Of a stretch of DNA of 64,000 bases, positions 19,682 to 28,860 are shown in pieces. The notes under the pieces are model-generated. The model had not been told where the DNA came from and made no database searches. It saw only the letters and a list, made by a program, of their open reading frames with translations. The DNA comes from an uncultured Gemmataceae bacterium (GTDB taxonomy: Bacteria > Planctomycetota > Planctomycetia > Gemmatales > Gemmataceae), in NCBI GenBank assembly GCA_963750165.1, contig CAVVPN010000003.1, forward strand, positions 384,001 through 448,000, written 5' to 3'. Position 1 is the first letter of the stretch; the number at the start of each line of letters is the position of its first letter. The translations under genes and the position numbers were made by a program.

Positions 19682-20308
19682 TCATTCGTCGGGGTCGTAG
19701 GTGGCCTCGCCGTGGGGGCTGCTGACGCCGAGGTTGGCCTTGCACTGCGGACACTGCACTTTTTCCCAGCGGCTGTCGTGCACCTCGAAGGCGTGGCCGC
19801 AGTGCCAGCAGCGCTTGGTCACCAGGATCGGCCCGTCAACGCGGGCGCAGTGCGTGAATGACCGGTGCAGCGCGGGGTTCGGCTGGGCGAGGGCGTTGGC
19901 CTGGGCCGCCGCCATCGCCTTGTAGGCGTCCACGTTGCCTGCGTGGAGCGACTCCCAGTTGGCGCCGTTGACGAGGCCGACGAGGAAACCGAGGAAGTAA
20001 CCGAGCAGGCACCCCGGCAGCATCATGAAGAACCCGAGGATGAAGCCGACAACGGCCATCCCGACAAGCTGCCCCGCCGACTCGACGAGCAAGAGGTTCC
20101 ACAGAACCATCACGACCGGGGTGCCCAGGAACGCCGCGATGGCGCCGAACCGCGTCCAGGCCTGGGCGGTGGAAGCGACGCTGCGACGGAATTGAAAGCC
20201 GCACTGCCGACAGGTGCAGATCGGACTCACCGGCGGTAGGGCGAGGTACGGGTTGATGTCGTGCGAGCACCGCGGACAGACGTAGGTGATGACGACGCGA
20301 TACGCCAT
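19682..20308 (-). CDS. Hypothetical membrane protein with N- and C-terminal CxxC Zn ribbons
   Basis: CPRC, CRQC, hydrophobic core, CWHC, CPQC; AAGGA RBS. Confidence 0.7.
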   Translation of the reverse strand: MAYRVVITYVCPRCSHDINPYLALPPVSPICTCRQCGFQFRRSVASTAQAWTRFGAIAAFLGTPVVMVLWNLLLVESAGQLVGMAVVGFILGFFMMLPGCLLGYFLGFLVGLVNGANWESLHAGNVDAYKAMAAAQANALAQPNPALHRSFTHCARVDGPILVTKRCWHCGHAFEVHDSRWEKVQCPQCKANLGVSSPHGEATYDPDE

Positions 20309-20381
20309 GGCCAGGTCCTTTGCTGCGAGGCGGCGATTGCGAAAGTGCGAGCCATTTCGGCAAGCATAGCACACGCAGAGA

Positions 20382-20487
20382 GGCATTAGGCATTAGGCAT
20401 TAGGCATTAGTTATCCGGGTTCCCGATACGGGCAAATGTTCAGGTTTAAACAGAGACCCAGATAACTAATGCTTAATGCCTAATGCC
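20382..20487. repeat. Inverted repeat with tandem GGCATTA heptamers
   Basis: (GGCATTA)x4-GTTATCCGGGT ... ACCCAGATAAC followed by TAATGC(C/T) x3. Confidence 0.85.
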
Positions 20488-21623
20488 CCTTCTGCAGCAG
20501 CGCCGCTGCGGCCCGGTCGATCTCGTCCTCTGTCGTGAAGCGACCAACGCTCAGCCGCACTGCCCCGCGCCAGCTCCCGTGATACGCCCATCGCCAGCAG
20601 CACCGGCGAACACACAAACTCCCCCTCATGACACGCCGAGCCGGTCGAGGCCGCGACCTCCGGCACCTGCCCCAGCAGCTCCCACCCATGCCGGCCGACG
20701 AAGATCACATTCAGCGTGTTCGACAGCCGCAACTCAGGATGGCCGTTCAACAGCACGCGGTCGCCGAGGCCGTCCTGCAACCGCCGCCACAGCCGGTCGC
20801 GCAGTTCCCGCAAGCGCTGCGTCGCCGCCGGCAGCGACTGCCGCGCCAACTCGCACGCTTTGCCGAGCGCGACAATGTACGGCACGTTCTCGGTGCCGGC
20901 GCGACGGCCGTCCTCGTGGCCCGCGCCGTGAATCAGGCTCTCCAGCTTGACGCCCTTGCGAACGTAGAGCACGCCGACACCCTTGGGCGCGTACAGCTTG
21001 TGCCCGGCGACCGTCAGCAGATCGACACCAAGATCGTTGACGTTGACCGCGACCTTGCCGAGCGACTGGGCCGCGTCGGTGTGGACGAGGGCGCCGCGCT
21101 CGTGGGCGACGGCGGCGATGTCGCGGATCGGCTGCAGGGTGCCGACCTCGTTGTTGGCGTGCATGACGCTGACGAGCGTGGTGCCGCGGTCGAGGGCCTT
21201 GCGCACCGCGGCGGGATCGACGAGGCCGTGACGGTCCACCGGCAGCACGGTGACGCGGCAGCCGAGCCGCTTGAGGAAGTCGCAGGGTTGCAGCGTCGCG
21301 GGGTGCTCGACGGCGCTGGTGATGACGTGGGCGCCGCGCGCCCAGCGGCCGAAGAAGCCGCGGAGCTGCTGGAAGACGACGCCCTTGATGGCGTGGTTGC
21401 TCGCCTCGCTGCCGCCGCCGGTGAAGACGATTTCGTCGGGGCGGGCGCCGAGCAGGTCCGCGACCTGCTGCCGGGCGGCGGCGACGGCGTCGTGGGCGGT
21501 CTTGCCGTAGGCGTGCGTGCTGGAGGGGTTGCCGTGGTGCTCGCGCAGGTAGGGCAGCATGGCGTCGAGCACGGCGGGGTCCACGGGCGTCGTGGCGTTG
21601 TAGTCGAGGTAGATGGGTTGCAT
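20480..21623 (-). CDS. Cysteine desulfurase family protein (IscS/NifS type); frameshift near 20565
   Basis: IYLDYNATTP, GNPSS, HANNEVGT, DAAQ, GHKLYAPKG, RAGTEN, STGSAC; true C-terminus AVRLSVGRFTTEDEID is in ORF 20480-20689. Confidence 0.93.
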
Positions 21624-21890
21624 GTTAATAGTTTAGCAAACGAGCGGCGCAGGGTGCGCCGAAAGATCGTGGGAGCCGCCCTGCACCGCCAGGCCGAATT
21701 GTCCGTGGGCCAGGACGTTCTTCACCATCGCCTGTTCCCGCAGTTAAGACGAAGAGGACGAACCCTTGTCTTCCTCCAGCCGTTCCATATAACAGCCATG
21801 TTCTCCGCTTACCGGCCAAAGTTACCCACCCTCTAGCATTTGGAGGCGGCAACCTCAACGCCGTGTTTCGTCGGACAAAGGAGCAAGGAC

Positions 21891-22178
21891 ATGTCGATTT
21901 TCGCAGACATTTACCTGGAACCGGGCGGCCTCATCGCCTGGCTGATCGTGGGCCTCATCGCAGGCTTTCTGGCCGGGAAGGTCATGAAGGGGAGCGGCTA
22001 CGGCCTCGTCGGTGACCTCATCGTGGGCCTGATCGGGGCTTTCCTCGGTGGCTTGCTGTTCGGATCGTTCGTCCATGCCGAGTATGCTCTGATCGGCAGC
22101 ATCATCGTCGCTTTCGTCGGAGCCTGCCTCCTCATCGCCATCGTGCGGTTCGTCGCCCCCGGCAGATCGAGTTTGTGA
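21891..22178 (+). CDS. GlsB/YeaQ/YmgE family (transglycosylase-associated) membrane protein
   Basis: WLIVGLIAGFLA...DLIVGLIGAFLGG pattern; AAGGAG RBS. Confidence 0.92.
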   Translation: MSIFADIYLEPGGLIAWLIVGLIAGFLAGKVMKGSGYGLVGDLIVGLIGAFLGGLLFGSFVHAEYALIGSIIVAFVGACLLIAIVRFVAPGRSSL

Positions 22179-22188
22179 CCGCACCGAC

Positions 22189-22225
22189 CCCTGTTTCCGT
22201 GCAAGTGTAACTCACGGAAACAGGG
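22189..22225. terminator. Hairpin between convergent genes
   Basis: CCCTGTTTCCGTG...CACGGAAACAGGG 13-bp stem. Confidence 0.65.
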
Positions 22226-22261
22226 ATCGAGCCATCTCCCTCACCGACTTCATTTCTTCGG

Positions 22262-22783
22262 TCACGACGAGACACCTTCTCGGCTCGGTTCCGCTTCCGG
22301 CGACCCAACGGCGGTAACCTCCCGGATTTTGCCGTCCATGAACGATTGAAAATCCGTATCGAAGGTGTGCTTGCTCAGTTGCCATGCGGCCTGAACGCTC
22401 TCCCGGTGTAACAAGTCGTCAAGGAACAGCTTCCATCCCGACCACTGCTTGTGCTTGAACAAGGCGGTCTGGTTTTTGAACATCAGGAATGCCCGTTCAA
22501 ACAGCGAGAACAACATGGCGTGGGCGATCAACTCCTGCTTTCGTTTCTTATCCGCCCCCGAAGGGCGGTTATTGCCCGGCAAGTCGAGGATGTCGAGGTC
22601 GGGGTGCATGAGGGCGAGTTTTTGGTATTCAAAAAGCCGGTTGTCGAGTTCGTTGAACACCTTGAACTCTTGAGCCAGCCGATCCGTGCTCCTGGCCTTC
22701 AGGTACTCGTATACTGCCAGTGGGCCTGAAATGCTCAGTGACAGGTAGAAGATAATTTGGGCGATGTCCTTGATGATTTCCAT
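22262..22783 (-). CDS. Hypothetical protein with N-terminal TM helix and helical domain
   Basis: 173-aa ORF, visibly lower GC than its flanks. Confidence 0.75.
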   Translation of the reverse strand: MEIIKDIAQIIFYLSLSISGPLAVYEYLKARSTDRLAQEFKVFNELDNRLFEYQKLALMHPDLDILDLPGNNRPSGADKKRKQELIAHAMLFSLFERAFLMFKNQTALFKHKQWSGWKLFLDDLLHRESVQAAWQLSKHTFDTDFQSFMDGKIREVTAVGSPEAEPSREGVSS

Positions 22784-22823
22784 GCTGGTCTCTCGTCACA
22801 CTTACCATGATGGGGACCACGCC

Positions 22824-23342
22824 TCACGGGGAAACGGGGTCTGGCGTCCAGACGGATATGGTGTCCTTACCAAATTCGATCTCAACCCGTAGACCGGCGG
22901 AGCGCAACGCCCGCACGCCGATCAACGGCCGCTGAAACTGTGGGTCGGGTAGTGCGGGGGTGTCCTGAAAGGGTAGCCCGCGATGAAGCACCAGGCGGTA
23001 GGGTGGCGGTGGTTGCCCCGGCAGATTGCTCACCAGCCAAAGATCAACATCCCGCACCGGGACAAGGAACTTGCCGGTGACGGTGCGAATCGTCATGGGC
23101 TGGGGCAACCGGCCCTGGTCGGGGTCGAGCCCCGCTTGCAGCAAATGGTGACGCCACGCGAACGCCTCCCCGCGGTTCCCCGTATCCAGCACCCAGTTCT
23201 GAACCAGCGTGACCGCGGGCGGGGCGGTCAGCGACGGTTCCGTCACCAGGACGGGCAACACGACCGTCCAGTACGACAGCGGCGGTGACCGCGTGGGATC
23301 GGTCCAGCAATCAAAAGGCAATCGGTCGATGAACAGCGGCAT
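22824..23342 (-). CDS. Retropepsin-like (clan AA) aspartic protease
   Basis: VLDTG catalytic motif and downstream PLIG motif; 172 aa; 3 bp after the upstream gene. Confidence 0.7.
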   Translation of the reverse strand: MPLFIDRLPFDCWTDPTRSPPLSYWTVVLPVLVTEPSLTAPPAVTLVQNWVLDTGNRGEAFAWRHHLLQAGLDPDQGRLPQPMTIRTVTGKFLVPVRDVDLWLVSNLPGQPPPPYRLVLHRGLPFQDTPALPDPQFQRPLIGVRALRSAGLRVEIEFGKDTISVWTPDPVSP

Positions 23343-23345
23343 GCC

Positions 23346-23588
23346 TCAGTCCAGCACCACCGGGCCGAGGGTGATTTCCGTTTCCTGGGGTTCGATGCAG
23401 AAAATCACGAACTCCTCCCGCCGCAGTCCGCGGCCGAAACATTCCTGGTACAGTTCGTGTTTGTGTGCGGCGAAGCCGAGTTGGTGGTCCCCCTGGTAGG
23501 CGACCCACTGACCGGGACGCTCGGTCCAAAGCTGTGGCAGGTCGCGCTGAAATGCCTGGAGTGCTTGCTGCTGCAAATCCTGGCTCAT
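23346..23588 (-). CDS. Small DUF5678-like protein
   Basis: AFQRDLPQL...GQWVAYQGD...ELYQEC pattern; 80 aa; AGGGG RBS. Confidence 0.65.
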   Translation of the reverse strand: MSQDLQQQALQAFQRDLPQLWTERPGQWVAYQGDHQLGFAAHKHELYQECFGRGLRREEFVIFCIEPQETEITLGPVVLD

Positions 23589-23682
23589 GGTTCGCCCTCT
23601 GTACAATGACTGAGGAAGCTTGCAGCGCCATTCTACACGGTCGTAAGGCTTCGTCTCGACCAATCCCCGCAACAGAGGTTCC

Positions 23683-24194
23683 ATGTCCCGCCTCACCGAC
23701 TTCTACGCCGGCCGCGGCACTGACACCGAGGGCCGCCGCCTCGCCGACCTCCTCGCCTGGGACGACGACGACCTGGAACAGGTCCACGACTTCATCCAGT
23801 GGCTGTTCCCGCTGCCGGAGCCGAGCCGCTTCAACGCCGACGCCCCGCTGCTCACGCCGGACGACATCGCCGCCTTCCACGCCGACGCCGCGCTGCGCGC
23901 AACCTGGAACAAGCCTTCGCCCGCATCCTCACCTTCCTCGGCCTGACCCGGGACACCGCCGGCGCAGTGCTGCCCGGCCCGAACTTCGACCGGCGGGCGG
24001 CGGACGTGTGGCAGGCCCCCAACCACAACTGGCTGCGCATCACGCGCATCCTCCGCAGCCTGACGCTGCTCGGCCTGGCGGATCGGGCCAGGGCGCTGTA
24101 CGAACGGCTGGAGGCATTTTATACGCGGCACCAGTTCCCCATCGACGCCGACACCTTCGGCTACTGGACGCGGGCCGTTGCGCAGAGCGCATGA
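23683..24194 (+). CDS. Opioid growth factor receptor (OGFr) conserved-region protein; frameshift near 23900
   Basis: FYAGRGTD, LEQVHDFIQWLFP, NHNWLRITRILRSL motifs across two frames. Confidence 0.88.
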
Positions 24195-24221
24195 GCCGGG
24201 GTCAACGTGCGGGTGCCCAGG

Positions 24222-25172
24222 TCACGCGCTGCGCCGCAGGCCCACCGTCCCCAGCAATTTGCGGAAGGCCCGTTGCAGCCACGGCGGTCGCGGGGGGATG
24301 CGCGGCTGCGCACGGGGGGGATTGGGCATGGGGTCGGGCGAGCCGTGGTGCAGTTGAAAAAACGCGCGGTTGGTGGGCGATTGGACCTCGTAGCAATGTT
24401 CCAGCGACTGCACCAGACTGGTCCGGGCCACGGCCTCGAACGTCGCCCGGTCGCCCCGGCGGTAAAGGAATCGTGCCGCAAAACCGGCCGAGGCGAACGC
24501 CTCCAGCACCGCCTGGCAATTCGGGCCGAAGAAGTTGGAACGGTCGCCCTGCAACTCGCCGTCGTGATAGTAGCGCCATAAGGGTACGCCAGGCAGGCGC
24601 CGCCGGAGGCGGCGCAGTGAGCGCGTGCCGTTGCTGGGCTGGCGGCGCGGCAGCCAGTTACCGTCGATGACGTGGCTCTCGATCAGCACCGTTCCCCGGC
24701 ACACGTTGCGGATATTGTCGATCGCCAGCAACGGATATCGGAGGTGGTACAGCACGCCCAGGAAGAGCACGAGATCGAAGTGTCCCAGCTGCTCGGCGTC
24801 CAGGCGATACACGGTGCCCGGCACCTGGCGAACCACACGCGAACCGGTCAGGCGGGCCAGGGTGGGAAAGCCAGTGCAGGCGTCGTGTTCCAGGGTCAGG
24901 GCCACCACCTCGCTGGCGCCGCGGCGCTCGCACTCGAAACTGAAACAGCCGTGCCAGGCGCCGATGTCGAGGATGCGCAGGCCGCGCAGATCGCTCGGCA
25001 AGCCCACCTCGTCGGCCACCTCGGTCACGTCGTTGCGGCCCGGCGTGTACACGCCCTGGAACAATTCCCAGCGTTGATGCCAGGGGACGCCGGGAAACTC
25101 CCCGTCGAAGCTGAATCCGGCGGGCGCCGGCGGAGGCGGTTGCGGACTCCAGTCATCCTTGTTGGCGGCCAT
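24222..25172 (-). CDS. Class I SAM-dependent methyltransferase (DUF1698/CmoB-like)
   Basis: ILDIGAWHG, FDLVLFLGVLYHLRYP. Confidence 0.85.
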   Translation of the reverse strand: MAANKDDWSPQPPPPAPAGFSFDGEFPGVPWHQRWELFQGVYTPGRNDVTEVADEVGLPSDLRGLRILDIGAWHGCFSFECERRGASEVVALTLEHDACTGFPTLARLTGSRVVRQVPGTVYRLDAEQLGHFDLVLFLGVLYHLRYPLLAIDNIRNVCRGTVLIESHVIDGNWLPRRQPSNGTRSLRRLRRRLPGVPLWRYYHDGELQGDRSNFFGPNCQAVLEAFASAGFAARFLYRRGDRATFEAVARTSLVQSLEHCYEVQSPTNRAFFQLHHGSPDPMPNPPRAQPRIPPRPPWLQRAFRKLLGTVGLRRSA

Positions 25173-25306
25173 GGTTTCGCCTCCTTGGGTTCTGGCGCTG
25201 CTGCGCGCTGATCGGGAAACGCCTCAAGGTGTACCTGATCGGCCGCGTTTTGCCAAGACAACCTGACCCGTGCAGGTGCTGCGGTGCTGCGGGCTGCGGG
25301 CTCCTG

Positions 25307-25600
25307 GAGCGGTTCGCGCGCGGATCGCGCCTGGGGGTGGGGCGGCGGGCACAGCTTGACCACCAGCGGCCTGCATTGCCACAGCAAGGGGGCCAAGGGG
25401 GCCAAGGGGGCCAACTTTTTCATACGTCGAGAAGCGGCGCCCTGGCTCCGTAGGGCTGGCACGGCGCGACAGCCATCGGCGGCGGTTGCCACAGCAAGAA
25501 CGCCAAGAACGCCAAGAACGCCAACTTTTTCACACGTCGAGAAGCGGCACCTGGCAGCGCCGGCCTGCCGTTCGTGGTCCACGCCACTGCCGAACCACTC
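25307..25600 (-). mobile_element. MITE-like dispersed repeat, copy B (~294 bp)
   Basis: Reverse-complement homolog of 7330-7625; ends GAGCGGTTCGC and GAACCACTC. Confidence 0.75.
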
Positions 25601-25633
25601 TCGAGCGGTTCACAGCCGCGTGGATCACGCCCC

Positions 25634-25692
25634 GTAGGACGGCTCTCCAGAGCCGTCTCCGAGACAAGGACGGCTCTGGAGAGCCGTCCCAC
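25634..25692. repeat. GTAG-type REP doublet, family 2: GTAGGACGGCTCTCCAGAGCCGTC
   Basis: Inverted arms; same unit at 54992-55041. Confidence 0.85.
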
Positions 25693-25722
25693 AGGCTGTG
25701 CGCAAACCGAGTGCGAACCACT

Positions 25723-27267
25723 CTAAACAATCCCCTTGACGCTGGCATAGCACAGCCAGCAGCCCAGCGCCAGCACGCACACGGCGCTGATCAGCGGCAG
25801 CGCCCGTACTAGCCGGCCCTCACCGAACTTGCTGTCGGCGAAGCCGCGCACGCGCACCACCAGCACGCCGATCAGCACCAGCACGCTCGCCAGGCCGGCG
25901 CTGAACGCCAGCACCATCGGCAGCGCCAGCCAGACCTCGTGCCGGGCCACCGCCACCAGCAGGATCGCCACCGCGTCCCAGCACGGCACAATGCCGCCAC
26001 TCATGCCCATCAGCACCAATCCCCACCAGCCCACCGGCCCCGGCGGCGCGTGCTGGTGATGGCCGGGGCCGTGATGGTGGTGATGATGGCCGCCGCCGAT
26101 GTGGATGTGGTCGGCCCCACCGGACAGCCGCTGCAATAGCAGCCAGAAGCCCAGGCCCGCCACCAGCAGGCCCATGACCAGACCCAACCCCTTCTGCACG
26201 TTGCGCTGCGTCTCCGCCGACATCTCGCCGGAGAAAAACAGCTGCAATACCACCGCCAGGATCAGCACGCCGCCAGTGTGCGTCAGCGTCGTCACCAGGC
26301 CCAGCACCAGCGCGTGCCAGACGGTGCCGCGCTGGCCGACCAGGTACGCCGCCACCAGCGTCTTGCCGTGGCCCGGCGTCAGCGCATGCACCGCCCCGAT
26401 GGCGGCCGCCAGCAACAGCAGCAGCCACGCCGCGTGGTTGGAGTACAGGAACAGCCGCAGCAAATCGACGTGATCGTCGCCGGGTGGGGCGGGCTCGGAC
26501 GGCGGGCTCGGCCTGGCGTCTCCCGCGGCGGCCGGTTCTGCCTTCGGCCCCGACTCCGCGGCGGGCGCCTCGAAGGTCAGGGCGACGCGGCGCAACTGCT
26601 TGTAGTCGCCGGACTGGTAATCGAGCGGTGATTTCGCCTTCAGGGCCGCCGACGGCTCCGTCCGCTCCAGCACCTGGACGCCCACCGGCTCCAGCGACAG
26701 GTCAATGCGGCCCTTCCACTCCAGCCACTCATCCTCCGCCAGCGAAAACTGCTGGCGCTGGGCCGGCCGCAGTGGGAACGTGGCGCGGAACACAAGGTCA
26801 AAGCGGACGTGGCCGAGGCGCTGGCCGTTGTCGTCGCGCAGGGTGTGGCGGTGTTGCGTGCAGGTGAAGACCAGGGGTTCGCCGTCGCCCCGGGCGTCGA
26901 GCCAACGGGCGAGCCGTGGGGCGTAGCACTCGGCGTAACCATCGTAGAACTTGTTGGGGTCGGACTTCTGCCAACCGGACGGCACCCTGTCCTTGAACGG
27001 CTGCAGATCGTGGAAGGCGGCGAACTCGTTCACCTCCAACCGAAAGAAGACGGTGACGACAACCTGGCCGGCGGCGTGGTCCGGCGCTACGCGGATAAGC
27101 AGCGTGCGGTCGTGGTGGTCCGCGAGGACTGGATGGGCCTCGGCGCGGCTGACCAGGTGACCCGGTGACAGGGTGACAAGGTGACAAACCACCACAGCGA
27201 ACAGCGCACGGGCCAGGTCGGAGCCGCAGAGAGCGCGGAGCCGCAACACATGCCGGGTCATGGCCAT
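25723..27267 (-). CDS. Ni/Co transporter (RcnA/HoxN-like) with N-terminal extracytoplasmic domain
   Basis: HALTPGHGKT, THTGGV, His-rich loop HIHIGGGHHHHHHG, GIVPCWDA. Confidence 0.9.
   Translation of the reverse strand: MAMTRHVLRLRALCGSDLARALFAVVVCHLVTLSPGHLVSRAEAHPVLADHHDRTLLIRVAPDHAAGQVVVTVFFRLEVNEFAAFHDLQPFKDRVPSGWQKSDPNKFYDGYAECYAPRLARWLDARGDGEPLVFTCTQHRHTLRDDNGQRLGHVRFDLVFRATFPLRPAQRQQFSLAEDEWLEWKGRIDLSLEPVGVQVLERTEPSAALKAKSPLDYQSGDYKQLRRVALTFEAPAAESGPKAEPAAAGDARPSPPSEPAPPGDDHVDLLRLFLYSNHAAWLLLLLAAAIGAVHALTPGHGKTLVAAYLVGQRGTVWHALVLGLVTTLTHTGGVLILAVVLQLFFSGEMSAETQRNVQKGLGLVMGLLVAGLGFWLLLQRLSGGADHIHIGGGHHHHHHGPGHHQHAPPGPVGWWGLVLMGMSGGIVPCWDAVAILLVAVARHEVWLALPMVLAFSAGLASVLVLIGVLVVRVRGFADSKFGEGRLVRALPLISAVCVLALGCWLCYASVKGIV
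27156..27187. repeat. GGTGAC-NN octamer tandem (x4) inside the signal region of the Ni/Co transporter
   Basis: GGTGAC at 27156, 27164, 27172, 27180; encodes CHLVTLSPGHL. Confidence 0.7.
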
Positions 27268-27335
27268 TTTCCTGTCAGCCTCGCATCGGTTCATTCCTCC
27301 CGCCAACTTACCAACTTCCGGTCACCCTGTCACGG

Positions 27336-27403
27336 GGCGAGCGGCGCAGCGTCAGCCCGCCGGTACTGCACAACACCGGCGGGCTGACGCCGCGCCGCTC
27401 GCC
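27336..27403. repeat. 29-bp-arm intergenic palindrome
   Basis: GGCGAGCGGCGCAGCGTCAGCCCGCCGGT...ACCGGCGGGCTGACGCCGCGCCGCTCGCC (1 mismatch). Confidence 0.8.
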
Positions 27404-27408
27404 AACGG

Positions 27409-28575
27409 TCATTTCTGCCGCGGCCGACAGTAGCTCAGCGCCATCAGCGCGTAGCCGGTTGACAGATTCGGGTCGGCCTCCATCCAGTTCGGCACCCCGT
27501 TTCTCCAGCTGCCGTCCTTGTTTTGACGCTTCGCCAGCGCCGCCACGATGTCCGCCCGCCAGTCGTGCTTGACGCCCTTGTCGTCCACCACGTAATCCAG
27601 GCCCAGCGCGTCCAGGCACTTGGCCATCGTGTGGTAGTAGTAGTACAGGCCCCACGCCTTCCGCGTCTCCGGCATGCCGCTGTTGGCGTCCACGCTGTAG
27701 TGCTTCTTGATCCACGCCAGCGCCGTCTGGATGCGGGCGTCGGTCTTCGGCACGCCGCAGTAGATCAGGCTCTTGATGCCCGCGTAGGTCATGCTGCCGT
27801 AGCCCGGCAGAGCGCCGTCCGGTCCCGGCTTGTCGATCACCTTCGTGACGCCGCCCGTCGCCGCCGTGTAGATGAAACTGCCGTCGTTGATGAGGCCCGC
27901 CCACGGCAGCATATTGTGTTCGCTCTTGCGATTCTGGCAGCGGCTGACGAACTGCGCCGCCTTCAGGAACGCCGGGTCGTTCGGCGGCAGCCCCGCCGCC
28001 TTCAGCGCGTCCAGGAACATCTGCGTGTTCGACAGGTCCGGCCGCGATTTGCTGTCGTAGCCCGCGCCGCCGTAGTAGTCGTCCTGCGGCGTCTTGCCCT
28101 CGCCCTCGTCCCACTGCAACTTCTTGAGGAACGCCACCGCGTCGCCGATCACCGCCTTGTACTTCTCGGGCCGGTTGGCCGCCTGCAGCGCCATCACGTT
28201 GATGGCCGTCACGTAGTTCTGCAACTGCACCTTCGCATCCTTGCCGGCGATGTGGCCCGCCTTCGCGTTGACCAGGCCCTCAATGTATTTCAGCGCCTTA
28301 CCGGCCAGCGGGTCGTTGGCGGTGACGCGGCCGGTGCGCAGCAGGCCCGTTAGCACGACGCCGGTCACGCCCGGCGACTTGCCAGTGCTCCAGCCGCCGG
28401 TTTTGTCCTGCGTGGTTTTGAGGTAGTCGATCGCCTTGCCGACGACCGCGTCCCACTGGGCGGCCTGGACGTTCTTCTTGCCGCCGGGCTGCTGGGCGGC
28501 GACCGGGCTACTTACGCCGAGGCCGGCGGCCAGCACGGCGGCCAGGGCGGCGGCGGCGGTGAACAATCGGGTCAT
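27409..28575 (-). CDS. Secreted prenyltransferase/squalene-oxidase repeat protein
   Basis: Signal peptide; QW-type repeats QDKTGGW and QNKDGSW; RPDLSNT, YGSMTYAG. Confidence 0.85.
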   Translation of the reverse strand: MTRLFTAAAALAAVLAAGLGVSSPVAAQQPGGKKNVQAAQWDAVVGKAIDYLKTTQDKTGGWSTGKSPGVTGVVLTGLLRTGRVTANDPLAGKALKYIEGLVNAKAGHIAGKDAKVQLQNYVTAINVMALQAANRPEKYKAVIGDAVAFLKKLQWDEGEGKTPQDDYYGGAGYDSKSRPDLSNTQMFLDALKAAGLPPNDPAFLKAAQFVSRCQNRKSEHNMLPWAGLINDGSFIYTAATGGVTKVIDKPGPDGALPGYGSMTYAGIKSLIYCGVPKTDARIQTALAWIKKHYSVDANSGMPETRKAWGLYYYYHTMAKCLDALGLDYVVDDKGVKHDWRADIVAALAKRQNKDGSWRNGVPNWMEADPNLSTGYALMALSYCRPRQK

Positions 28576-28860
28576 GGGAAAACTCTCCCTGGAAAGAAGG
28601 TCATTCACGGAGCGTCATGGTATCAAAACCGCCTGAGCGCGGGAAGCAATTCCGGTGCCGGCCCGTCCGCCGCGGCCGGCCGCCACCCGGCTGCGGCGGA
28701 CGGGCCGGCACCGGTCAGCGAATCGCCAGCGCTGGCCAGAGGCCGCGCAGTGCTGCGATGGTTTTTTCAAAATTGCTGTTTGCGTTTCTGCCGCGGCGCT
28801 GGATAATCATAATCAACCTTTAATTTGGAAATGTTCGTTTTTCTGGCCGGAGCCGTCGGA

